A DNA stretch of 47,653 bases from assembly GCA_002633005.1 (NCBI GenBank), contig NMRA01000020.1, positions 1,645,623-1,693,275 of the forward strand, read 5' to 3'. The translations under genes were made by a program, and so were the position numbers. Below, piece by piece: positions 36,282-47,653 of this stretch. The stretch is from Phoronis australis (taxonomy: Eukaryota; Animalia; Phoronida). The notes under the pieces were generated by a model that saw nothing but the letters and a program-made list of their open reading frames with translations, had not been told where the DNA came from and searched no databases. Numbering within the stretch: the stretch's first letter is position 1; the number at the start of each line of letters is the position of its first letter.

Positions 36282-36976
36282 GTATGAGCTATCAGACAAC
36301 TTGGACAGTATGCATGCATTATTGCAACAAGATGAAAAGAGGAATTCTCCTGTTACATGTGTCTAAATCAAAATCTTATCATTTATGCTGTTTTGATGTA
36401 CAACCATGAACACTGATCAAATTCCCATGCTTGCCAAGAATACAACATTTGAAACAATAGGCATCAGTATGTAATAAGTCAATTTTGAACTTTCAAATAC
36501 CTGCGTGGAAATAATAATATATTTTTTACATAATATTTACTTTCCCTGGAATCTTTGGAAAAGACATGGTTGAAAAAAAGAATTTTTAGACAAGCTCATT
36601 TCTGGATCTATGTTATGCCCGATTACACAATTTCCACACCTAATTGTGATAAGACGAGGCCTAGATGGACAAGTTTCCTGTAATAAAAGTACTAGGTTAC
36701 CTGGTGTCAAGTTCTGTAAGTTGATGATTGCCTATGGCAAGAGTGATGAAACACTGCTGATTGAACTGCAATATATGAAAATATTTAAGAAATAGATTTC
36801 TGCAACTTTTATTTGTTTGAAATCGTTCTCTTCTCGTAGTCTCACTGTCTTCTTAAAGCACTTTGACTGACCTCTGCTGGCTTTTCCTTTCTGCCTTCCC
36901 ACAAGAAATCTGAAAATACAAAATTTCATCCAATTGTTGTTAGTCTGAATAATCACATGTAGTTTTTGTGTTGAAG

Positions 36977-37165
36977 CTGGCTGTGTCCCCTCAGTCTAAG
37001 GTCAGTGAACCATACACCCTGGAGAGGACTACACGTCTCATGCTGAAAGTGGAAGGGGTCATTGAACGAGGTCACAGACCTGGTCTATACAGAGACGTTA
37101 AGGTCATTGTAGTTAACGTAGAATCTGTCATGCTGTCAGGTCTACCGATTGCCCAGGATACAAAG
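36977..37165 (+). CDS. INTS7: INTS7 exon
   Basis: GAAG|LAVSPQ...LMLKVEGVIERGHRPGLYR...QDTK|GTAAAG, 189 bp. Confidence 0.93.
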
Positions 37166-37369
37166 GTAAAGGTGTTACTGACTAAAAAATCATTTATTAA
37201 CTGATAGCCTTTTATAGAGCAAATCTGGCCAAGTAATTGTCTTAAAATTAGATCTGGTGATGGTACACAACGGACTATTGCAAAGGAATGGTTTTAGGCT
37301 AGAAAATGCCACTCATCGTTAAGTGGGAAACCTAGTATTTCATTATTTTTAAAATGGACACAGACAAAT

Positions 37370-39560
37370 ATTTATACTTGGATGCATATTGCCATTATTT
37401 CTGTCCAGGCATCCGCAGCTGTATCTCCTAAACCCCTTGCAGGATTTTTATGACATTTGACAGATGTGTTTCTATGAAGGTGACAAACAAAAACAAGTTT
37501 TGGATCAATTCAAGTACTGCTGTACCCCCCGTAGTGGCAATTTCAGTTTTTTTAGGTTTGCCTCAGTCTGTATCTTTGGAGTGCTGCAGGTGTGCCTCCA
37601 TGTGGCAATTTTGTTTTTTACGTTCCTTCATTGATGGATTTTCCTGAAATTTAGCATTAGCTTTCTATTTAAGAGTTGATGATACTTTCCCGTCTTCAGA
37701 TGGATTTGAATTTTTTTCGCTACCTGGTAACAATTCTAAACATTTTGTAGTACATTTTTACACCTGCCTATCTATCTGCCCAAGCATTCAAAAGTTCATT
37801 ATGAAAACTGACAGCTGATTTCCTTGTGAGAAAACTGCACCTGAGACTGTGGCAATTTTGTTTTACATCATTCTCTTAACTCTACTCTTTGTGAAATGTG
37901 GCAGATATGTTCTTATAGAGATGATAACCTATGACGACGAGTTTCAGACCAGTGTGATTACAGGTGTGCCCTTTAGTGGCAGTTTTAGATTTTTACATTT
38001 GCCTCTGTATCGTTGGAGTTCATTGGTAGATTTTGCTTGAAATTTGGCAAACAAGTTTCTATTAAGGTGCAACAGTGCCTTTTTATTTTCGGACATATTC
38101 AGTATATTTTGCGCCACGTACGGGCTATTTTAATGAGTTTGGACATTTGACGGACGTGTTTATCTGCCAAACAGCTCAAAGGATCGTAAGGAATCTCAGC
38201 AGTTGTGTACCTGGCTGACATTGCTAATTTGGATGAATCTGATACTTGTGGAGTCCCCTTGTGGTAAATTTTGTGACCATGACTGCAGCTCCAGGTGCTT
38301 GATGTTTGTCAACTTTTGTGATGTTTTTTGGGTTAATATGCATCATACCTTCAGGATAGCCTTCAAAAATTACAAAACGAGGCTGGGAGGCTGATATTTA
38401 ACTATAGTGGCCTTTACAATGATTTTCATATTTCTGACCTCCTCGATACACTTTGTTGGTGCAGCCTTATTAGCAGGCGTGCCTTTCATTTAAACTTTAT
38501 GGTGTACAAACCCACACATAGCCTTACACATAAATACCTCATTACTTAATTCAAAGCAGTAAGAGATTCTCACAATTACAATACTAGAGCAAGCGTTTCT
38601 GGTTGCCTGGTGCTAGATAAACCTAAAAACAACTGCGGCAAAAACTTTTTGCCTTGTTCTTTTGTCTTCATAGGTGTTGTCGCTTACACCAGGTTGGGGA
38701 CTGCTGTCGCCAACGCACTCGATATCCACGCATTCAAACAGAATTACTGGAACTTTGTGTATGGTTCGGAACTGTAGGCCTCAGCTCATCATTATTTTAC
38801 TCTATTTTATCTTATTTATTCATCTAATTTTACTCATTAACAAATTTTCATACTAATTTATTTTATTTATTAATCTTTTTAATCTAATTTGCATTGATCT
38901 TTGTAATATTTTACTTCATGTAATTATTTCCGACTGGGCCCACTTGAAAATCAGTGCATTCACTGAAGTGGTCACCCAGTCTTTTAAAGAAGTTTAAATA
39001 AACAAATGAATAAATTTTGCAGATGTTTTCCTATAGACGTGACTGGGTGGCCATTGGCTCTATCTCTTCCGAGTCCTTTCATGTTTTTCATGTGATTTGG
39101 AAATAAGTTTCTATTATGAAGATGAAAGCATCTTTTCCATTGGTGATGGATTCAATATATTTTGCGCCACCTAGTGGCCATGTCAATTATGTTTTAATCT
39201 GTTTAGGACTGTTACGAAAATTGGTAGATTTGCTCCTAGACAGGAGCGCGACTGGCATGGATTTTCAGATGTGTCCAACGTAACTGTGGGTGCTCCCTGG
39301 TGACATTTCCACATCTGCGACTGTATCTACTAAATCCCTTGCAAGATCATAATTTGTCAAGTCTATTCCTATTAACTTGACATCAGATGCATGGATTTCA
39401 CTACCGCTGTACCTTCTAATGGCAATTTGTTTTTTTTTACATTTGATTCTGTATATTTGGTGGATTTTCACGAAATTTGACCAGAAATTTTGTAATAGAG
39501 CTTTCCCAATATCGGAGGTGTTTGACATATTCTGCGCCATCTAATGGTCATTTTTATGAT
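37370..39560 (+). mobile_element. Old, diverged HINE-family element interrupted by a LINE fragment
   Basis: CTGTCCAGGC..CC...CTGTATCTCCTAAACCCCTTGCAGGA head as at ~24487, and repeated TAGTGGC units (e.g. GCGCCACCTAGTGGCCA at 39164-39180). Confidence 0.6.
38280..39014 (+). mobile_element. 3' fragment of a CR1/L2-group (Crack/Daphne-like) LINE
   Basis: Degenerate ORF2 end: NFCDVFW, QKLQNEAGRLI, MVYK..H.L..KYL, HNYNTRAS, KPKNNCGK and AFK, followed by an AT-rich 3'UTR and an AATAAACAAATGAATAAA tail. Confidence 0.7.
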
Positions 39561-40139
39561 ACTGAAAAAGCGTGGAGTCTGTTACAGACATGTCACACAG
39601 CCTTGATTTAATAAAATGGATGCATCTTTTGTTCCTTTGTTGGCAACTAAAATGGAAGAGCTCATCAGCAATAGGCCCTGCAATAGACAACATTCACCCT
39701 GACTTCGCATTATTTGTCTGTTGCAAAAGAATTCAACTTCTGTTTTGTATATTGAGCATTAATTTAGTTTTTACTTCATGTCATTATGTATATTATGATC
39801 CCCTAGAATGGTTTGGAACTACCTTTGGCATTATGACACCAAGCAAAGTCAGACAATCAGGTACACTAACGTCACCTCAGAGATTTTAGGATAAGTTAAA
39901 GGTTAGCCTTACAATTGAGGTTGGTGGCAGTGTTAGGGACGTTTAGGGTTAATGTTAGGATTAGGGTTGGGGTTGAGGTTAGGCATGAGTTCTTTGATGT
40001 CACTTCCTTCTGAATTTGTGGCGAACCCAGATGGAATAAACACATCTAGCTCATCGTGCCTTTGCCACTGAACTTTATCTACACACGTCTAACCTTACCA
40101 GTTTTCATGATGATGTGATTGTCTTGCTATCTCTGCCAG

Positions 40140-40421
40140 GTTTCCGACTGTCGCACCAATGCCATGAGCGAGACTGTGTTACCACACAATGACTACTTTA
40201 CTGCTCAGTTTCTGTTGCACTTCCCTGATCCTGGAATTCACAACATTAAGATATGCACAAGTATCGTGGATGAATGTGGCACCACCTGGCGGTCCCCTGC
40301 TGGAACAAGCCTCACCATCAAGTCATATGATGAAGTAGCCCGCATTCAAATGCACCAGCAGCAGGCCCATCACAAGAGCTTCATTTTGGCTCAGCAAAAG
40401 ACTGGCAATGTTCTGACCTAG
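40140..40421 (+). CDS. INTS7: INTS7 terminal coding exon
   Basis: TCTCTGCCAG|VSDCRTNAMSETVLPHNDYFTAQFLLHFP..G.HNI...SIVDECGTTW, Gln-rich tail, TAG at 40419-40421. Confidence 0.95.
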   Translation, partial: VSDCRTNAMSETVLPHNDYFTAQFLLHFPDPGIHNIKICTSIVDECGTTWRSPAGTSLTIKSYDEVARIQMHQQQAHHKSFILAQQKTGNVLT

Positions 40422-40557
40422 ATGTGGCATAGCATAAGAGCTTCAGAAGGTTGGTGATGTTCTGACCTTGGTGTGACCCAGCAGAAGATTTCTTAAGAAA
40501 ATTATGTTTCATTGTTGCCATGACATCAACAGTGTTGTTCAACAGTGTTGTAGCTGC

Positions 40558-40587
40558 AATAAACGCCTGAAATGTGACATTATTAAA
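40558..40587 (+). terminator. Candidate INTS7 polyadenylation signals
   Basis: AATAAA at 40558-40563 and ATTAAA at 40582-40587, ~140-165 nt after the stop; another AATAAA near 41052. Confidence 0.5.
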
Positions 40588-41339
40588 ACCTCATCAATGA
40601 GGCATTGGTCTTGAAATTGCCCTGTGGAAACAATTCTTGCAGGCAGGACAGAATGATGACGAAGCTCACAACATGTGTTGACTTAACAGAGTGCATTACA
40701 AGTTGACGTCTGAATTAGGTGGCACTTTCTTTGTACACAGTAGATGATTTTTATGCCACAGATATTTATGTGTGGTTGCATATTGTCATCATCTTTGTTT
40801 GGGCATTTGATGTCTGCTGCTGTACCTACTGAATTTGGGTGGGACACACCAACATGACCTCTCTGCATATAAGGCTGTTCCAGATCAGTGTAGAGAACAC
40901 AAAATCTATGCATGGTACAGTACAAAAATCACACCAAAGCCCCTCGATACAAGTAAAAACATCAAAATGTCCAGTTTACCCTTTCAATGGCGGGACTCAA
41001 CATCTAAATTGAGATGTTAGGGACTTTTTTCTCTAGAAGTGTTAATTTTTAAATAAAAGCCTGTAAGATAGTTTGTTTCAAATGATAAAGCTTGGTTTTT
41101 ATCAAAATTTCAGCCATCCATTCATACTGTGAAAGATACACCAGTTTCAATATGGCTCTCTACAAATCACAAGCTAACCTTTCATAAAACGTTTCAATTT
41201 GATCAACCTATAGTAACTAAAAATTTGGAAAACAGGATTTGCCAATTGTGCTTTCTACACGTGATATCCCAGTACAATACTTGCTTTGAGAGACAATAAT
41301 CAGATGTGCAAATAAGTCTATTCCAGAGCTGTAATCAAC

Positions 41340-42291
41340 GTAATTTCCGGAAAACTTGTTTTGACGTCTTCAGCCAGTTTTGGTGGATTCCGGACTTCAA
41401 ATATTGTTGGCACTGCATCTCATACCAGCTTGTTCTTCATTCATGAACATGGACTCCTCGAAATGACGAGAGCATAACTTACAGTTTTTGGACTAGTAGG
41501 CTACGTCTCAATTCATTCTAAAGATCGGCTCCTAGGGCTTACACCTGAACAGAAATCAATAAGAGACGCAGGAACAAACCTCATACTCACCAGGTTCATT
41601 GAAGACTGGTAGCCTTCACTAAACTACACTACACTACAATGCAGTAGTCCTGTCGTACTGTGCCTGTGATGGAGACAAAACCGTCTTGTTGTCTACTAAA
41701 GAAACTAGGGCTTAAATGTCTATCCAGGGAAGTATTTAGAGGGCCGCGCCCTGCATCATTGGCGTATAGAATTAAGTTTTTATTGACGCACTGGTGTTGC
41801 ACCTGGCACATTTAAAATTTTGCCGATTTTTCACCAAGACCCGCAGATTCTCTAACTTGACTCCTGGATACATTTGAAGACCTTTGGCTGTGACTGTGGC
41901 CCTGTCACTGGTCATATTGGGCCATGGGTATGTTTTTCTATGATCATCCCTGCGATCGTTAGGGTGACTCACATGTTGACATTTTGATTTGGAATACATG
42001 GACTGCAATATCCAAAAAGCTGGCGATCACGTCGTTAATCACAGTCCTTCCGCCGGCAGCCCGGCTGTGCAGTAGCCTATGTGTGCAGACGACGGTGGCA
42101 CCACGACTGCATCGACTTATTTTCCAACCGTGTACAGAAAACATAAAATGAAAGACAATGTATCATATTATTGAATAACAAGTAATCCTTACCTTTCTGG
42201 ATCCTTAGGAAACGTAAAAAAATGACATTCCTGGTGTTTTTGTGGATGAATTTGTGCAAGTTATTGCGCTACAAAAGCAACTCTTCGCCAT
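41340..42291 (-). pseudogene. Two-exon THAP zinc-finger domain pseudogene (likely transposase N-terminus)
   Basis: Exon 1 (42291-42193) MAKSCFCSAITCTNSSTKTPGMSFF(+1 T)TFPKDPER|GTAAG; exon 2 from TTCAG|41544 with KLCSRHFEESMF and DAVPTIFEV; stops and frameshifts present. Confidence 0.8.
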
Positions 42292-42833
42292 CGTTCTCTC
42301 ACTTCTTGACCGTTGCTTATTCTGTGCTTGGCAGGGCTAGTAGTAACGATAACTGGGAACTGTGAACACTCCTACTGTACTACACTCCTTGGTTTGAGCG
42401 AACATCAGAGGAATCCGCTATGCTCCCGTAGTCTGAGTTATGAATCAAGGGCAAATTCTAAAAGGAACCGGACGCTCTTCGGCGAATACGGATCCTCGGG
42501 TGTAAAGTCCCTCAGGGTTTTACGTTCCAATGAGCAGTGTCAGAAGTCTTGACATGAACTGCGCGCGCATTGACCTATACGATCAAGTCAATCACATGAC
42601 GGCGACATCCCGTTGCTCCCAACTTGTTCGATTCTATAGCCCAACAAGTTGGGAAGATTACCCCCGTATCCAATGTCTTACACGACTGATTAACTCAATT
42701 CTGGCATTTATGGCTGGAGGGCCTGCGCTCTTTTGTTCAATAATTGCTCTAATCTCCGATCAGATCGTATCTAGACTGACTGGGCTGGGCTGGTAAAATG
42801 AAAGTTAAGTTATAACCTATTTGAGCTTAAACC

Positions 42834-45594
42834 CAGAGGCGGATCTACGGGGGGGGTTCAGGGGGTTTAAACCCCCCCCCTCGGGCCAGGACCCAAAAAT
42901 TAAAAAAACAAAAAACAAAACAAAAACGTCTCCAGCAAAACAAAAACGCCGGCACCGCCAGCGTGTGTAAACCCCAAGTAAACCAACCTGGAAAAAATGA
43001 GGGGGGGGGGGTTCACTCTGAAAATATATTTTTTGCATTGTGAATTGCTGTTATGAAAATCAACGCGTTTCGAGTCTTCGTGGCTCATCGACAAAACCCC
43101 GGAGATCAATTGTGCGCGCGCTTCCGACGACACTTCTGAAGTAGCCAAGCATTTTAGATGGATCCACCGCTGAAAGAGCAGCTCTATAGCTGATTTCTTT
43201 AGATAACTAGCTTCTTTACTCTAAGATATGTTTTGATTTGATTAGGGAAATACTGTGGTGCCCCAACCCTGATATTCAGGCGAATTGACGTGCAACGTTT
43301 TTACCTCATCTGTCATGCCGTGTCATCGTATTACACCCCACACGTTTGAAACTCGAATTTGAGTGGTGTACAGTAAAGTTGTCTTGCGCAATATCATACG
43401 GTGTACATGTACATGTAATACTTTTGAAAAAAACTTGTTTTCCGAAGAATTGCTATTGTGGCGGGCGCCGTGGTCTGGTCGCGAGTCTGTTTGAAGATGC
43501 ACTCTAACAAGTTTTGTCTATACAAGGAATGACCAAGGGGGCACTCACATTGACAAAGTGACCGCATTCGCGAACAGTTTACAGTACCAGAAATTGCGGG
43601 GAGCCTGTATTTTCACAACAAAGTCTTGCGGGACTCGTGCGATGTTCAATGGGCCTCCTAAGGAGCCCTAGTGCCGACCTCAACACCTACCGTCTTTCTA
43701 CCTGCAATAAGCACCACTGCCGTTTTCTATACTGGGAATTTCCGCAGAAAGGCCCAACCGACGAAACGCCCATGCTCATGGGCATTTATTTGATGTTTGT
43801 ACTTCGGGTTTCAAGCGTTCAGACACTGGGACGTTTATTTCGAAAATTGCAAGAGATGCAAATGGGTCCTGGGATACATCGTCAAGGTTTGAAGTAGTCC
43901 ATGATGAACGGATCAAATTTAGTTGCGCATGCTGTAAGTCTTTTGAATGGACTTGGTAACCTCAGGGGGCTTAGTGCCAACTGAGCTGCGAAACGAGATG
44001 CTGACATTGTAGAGGCGTACAAGCTCATTGACACAGCAGTTGACGAAGTGCAAGCGTTGGGAACAAACGTCGAAGATGTCTGGGTAGAATGGTTCCAAGA
44101 GCAGCAAACCATTGGATCCGATATACAGATTCCTCGGCAGTCCAGACAACAGCAGGATAGGACTAACGTTCCTGGAGAAATACCTACGTAATAAGTTATG
44201 ATTCTACACAGTTTGTACATAATGTCGGTTTTTATACTTGTGTACAATGAAAACGAAATAGAAATTATTTTTGGTCATGCCAAATTTACCCAATACAGCA
44301 GAGGGTCTACGAGCGCACAAAAACTGATTCTGGTTTGTATTTCCACTTGGCTCTATCTGCTTCATATCCAAAATTGATTTCACGTAGTGCGTAGTTAAAT
44401 TTGTTCTCAATACTTGTTTCTTCCAGTGAGTACTACAGAACGGTGCGAAAACCCTTCCTAGACAACCTCTCGCAGCAGTTGACGACCAGATGTATAAAAT
44501 ACATGTATGAGCAACCACTGGGCATTAAAAAGTGTCTAGAGAGAAGTTTTCAATTCAAACTTTTTTGCATAGTACACTTTAGGTCTCGCGAGGGACCAGG
44601 CCAGCTTGATTTGTGTAGATAGTGAGTTTCAGTGTACTTCTGGTTCCTCGGCGAACTAGTCTTGTGATGTTTTTTTACCAAAGTGTGCTTTGTAAAACTA
44701 TCTATCTCAGCCAGTACTGTTTGGTCCCGCCACAGATCAACTATGTTTATAGGGATAATAAGCACAGGTGTACTTTTGGTCTCGTGACGGACCAGGCCTT
44801 TTTGTGTACTCTCAGTGTACACCTGGTCCCTCTGCGAACTGGTCCTGTTTATATTTTCACCACGATGTACAGAATGTTTTGGTTTCTTGAAACTGTTTTC
44901 AGCTGATTCGTTTCCAGATACATTTGACGTTTTTCAATTGTGGTCAACGTGATTCAGCTTAATGAAGTGATACCTAATTGTTTATTGTCGCTTTTAATAA
45001 TATACTATGAGCTGAGAGCACCATCGTTTGCCAGTTTTTCTCATAATTAGACAGAACACATGTTTATTTCCAGACTAACAGTACAGGTCTTCGTTCTTAA
45101 ACAACTTGAGGCTGCTGTTACGCGATCATCTGTTATTCAATGTTTTACTCCCCGTCGGGTGCTCCTTATGCTCTTGAATATTTGGTAGTTGTCTAACCCC
45201 CCACACACACCACACTTTTTCATATACGACTTTTCGTATGCTAAAAAGGTGTGTATAAGCAGATGTTCCAACAAAAATTTTTGCTGGTGGCGTAATTCAT
45301 ACCCAGATGTGCACAAATATGATTTCACGAAACTTGTGAGCCACGTTCATGCGACGAAATCGAGAAGGGTTTTAAATTATCTTAAGAAAAACTCAAGAGA
45401 CATGTTATTAGTGCCAGAAACTTACCAGGATGCATGGAAATTTCACTATTTGGCTACAAAAACAAAAAAATGGTCTTACACGGAGGGGGGAAACCCCCCT
45501 CCCGACCTCCCCCCTCTCGGCGCCACGTGCCTCGGATTCGACCTTTGCGGGAATCCTAAACCCCCCCCTTACTGAAAACGTAGATCCGCCCCTG
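42834..45594 (+). mobile_element. Defective hAT transposon (2.76 kb) with 5-bp TSD
   Basis: TIRs CAGAGGCGGATCTACG / CGTAGATCCGCCCCTG; TSD AAACC at 42829-42833 and 45595-45599; internal transposase remnants. Confidence 0.88.
43610..44495 (+). pseudogene. hAT transposase remnant (PRKRIR/ZMYM1-like C-terminal region) with a probable intron at 44188-44426
   Basis: DIVEAYKLIDTAVDEVQAL..NVEDVWVEWF...IPRQSRQQQDRTNVPGEIP|TEYYRTVRKPFLDNLSQQLTTR. Removing GT..TTCCAG restores the frame. Confidence 0.75.
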
Positions 45595-46468
45595 AAACCA
45601 ATAGCATTTCTGAATTCCTCGTCAAATGCTGATAATGTTCCGTCATCGCCCAACTACAACAGAATTCAAGACGATCTATTCTGTCCAACCGGATTACCAA
45701 TGCACTGGGTTTGACTGTTTTCTGAATACGCGTTCGGTAATAGCGTGCAACCACCATACGTTTCCTTTTAAACCTGGGAGTTAATTGACCTGCTTGTTAT
45801 CAAACGGGACAAAAGACTGAGCTGGGCAGTTAACAAAAGAGCCAGATGTTATCGCACGTTCAGCCCCCCTCACGTCTTGAAAAGTTACTGAACGACAGAA
45901 CGCTGTAATGAACTTCTTCACCCGGACCTCTGGTGTCAGAAAGTCCGGGTAGAGATTTGCGTTCCTGCGGTACCACAGGGTCTGAGTGGAAGCCAACCGT
46001 GTGCACCTCAAATATGGACGAGAGTGACAGCAACAGTAGAGATTTTTTAGAGTTTAAAAAACGGATCTTTAACTTGAAATAAATGTAAAGTGTAAATGTT
46101 GTTGAATTTTTAAATAAAGTACTTGTTGTATCTACATCAAACTTTTATAAAATAAAAAATGTAGGGGAATATGCCCTTGTTCAAAATGTCATGCAACACA
46201 CAGTATCTTAAGAAAATTGCCATCCTGCCAACATCATAACAAGGGTTTTTATTAGTTGACTGATTAAACAGCGTTGGTCCTCAAAATGATAAAATAAAGT
46301 ATAACACAATACTACATACATTTAGACAAATATGACTATGGTAAAAGTGCAACCGATAAATTGAGGAAAGTCGATGTACGGGTGATGCTACCGCCTATAT
46401 TTGAAGGTTTGTTATTAAAGCCCAACTTCAACGGAATTTTGTTACTTTGAGTTTATTGGGTTAACCAG

Positions 46469-46868
46469 GGCCCGGTCTCCAATCTTTTTACTCGAATGGA
46501 ACTCGAAATTAGGTTTGGCATTTTCTACTCTACTTTTGGGCGAACTCAAGATAAGTGTCTATTATTCTATGCTCGAGTACACAATAACTTACGTAGATAA
46601 TTTATTACCCTTAGTTCACAGTTTGTAAACCCAATATTAAAGCAATAAGTTCGAGTTTGAACTCGAAATTTCGAGTTTTTACTCGAGTTTGTAGCAAGAA
46701 TATACTGGTCTTCAAGGGCAAACTTGAACTAGAAACTCCTATGCATGAACTAAAATGTATTCGAGCACAGTCTGATAACCAATTATCTTAAGTTCGCACA
46801 AAAGGAGCAGAGAAATTGCCAAAAACAGTTTCGAGTTCGTTTCGAGTACAAAGATTAGAGACCGGGCC
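46469..46868. mobile_element. PIF/Harbinger-like MITE, 400 bp, with long imperfect TIRs
   Basis: GGCCCGGTCTCCAATCTTTTTACTCGAA.. versus ..TTCGAGTACAAAGATTAGAGACCGGGCC; complementarity continues >100 bp inward; 3-bp TSD CAG at 46466-46468 and 46869-46871. Confidence 0.82.
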
Positions 46869-47653
46869 CAGGTTGTTATAGCAAAGTCCTTGCAAAATCA
46901 GAAAACTCGAGTTAAATCACGCAAATGTAAGCCAGTCAAATGATAAGTGAAGCTGCCTTTACGTGCCATATGGCGTCACCGCGAGATCCCAGCTCAAACA
47001 AATAAGGCAGCAGTTGTATTGAATAGGGGTCTAAATAGAACTCCATTGCATTTTAACTCTAGAAAATCAGAAAAGGTTTATTCATATGTAACAGGAGTGC
47101 CCTGGACATGATTATGTAAGTAAGATTTATGCGCTCTCTAGTGGTCAAGCTGTGTATTACGTATGGAATTTTCCTATGATGTTGAGTCCCTTGGACATGG
47201 CCAAATATGGTCAGAAGCTAGGAGCTATGGGCCTTGCCCTTCAGATCGTGTCTGATTGGTTGAAATTGTGTACTTAAAACGCATTCCAAAATAATATGAG
47301 ATTTTCACAAAGTCTCAAAAAATTTTTTCAATCAATTCAATTGAAAGTGGGTGCAATAGATAGCCTTTTTAGTTGTGATGTCATTTCAAAATTTACTTTG
47401 GCAAAATGAGCTTTTAATTAGCTGTAATTAACGTTTGAAAACTCACGTTCCATGTGACAAAGGGCATTTCTCACATGGAACATTGCATTCTCACATGTGA
47501 CATTTGAATGTTCCATGTGAGATTTTTTGAGTTGTGCCATGTTACAAATAGAAATGGTACATGGCACAAACACTATATTTGTGACATGGGCTTTTCATAG
47601 CACAATGATATAATGAATTTTAGGAGAAATTTTTGCATTTAGTCAATAAAAAT

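Noticed and set aside
39935-39985. TTAGGG-like run as an interstitial telomere
   Set aside because: Short and degenerate; such GGTTAG runs are common inside invertebrate MITEs.
42617-42654. 12-bp inverted repeat TCCCAACTTGTT/AACAAGTTGGGA as a miRNA or terminator
   Set aside because: Too short for a pre-miRNA and with no supporting context.

Overview
AT-rich, repeat-dense animal genomic DNA, probably from a bilaterian invertebrate; it is not prokaryotic. The one host gene is the 3' half of Integrator complex subunit 7 (INTS7) on the + strand: nine coding exons from 15110 to 40421 splice in frame to 459 aa. One of its introns (24198-24367) is a U12-type minor-spliceosome intron. Introns and flanks are filled with nested transposable elements. 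These include an RTE LINE, a Penelope-like element with inverted ends that each carry a minimal hammerhead ribozyme, and a solo LTR with a cluster of heat-shock elements. There are also several Helentron-derived HINE/DINE-like elements whose ~150-bp units each carry a CTCF-like motif, and an 8.2-kb Academ-type DNA transposon with a 3-bp TSD and nested insertions. Smaller items are hAT-like elements with unusual 5- and 6-bp TSDs, a Harbinger-like MITE, a tRNA-derived SINE, a CR1/L2-group LINE tail and a split THAP-domain pseudogene. Family names come from motif recognition, not database searches.
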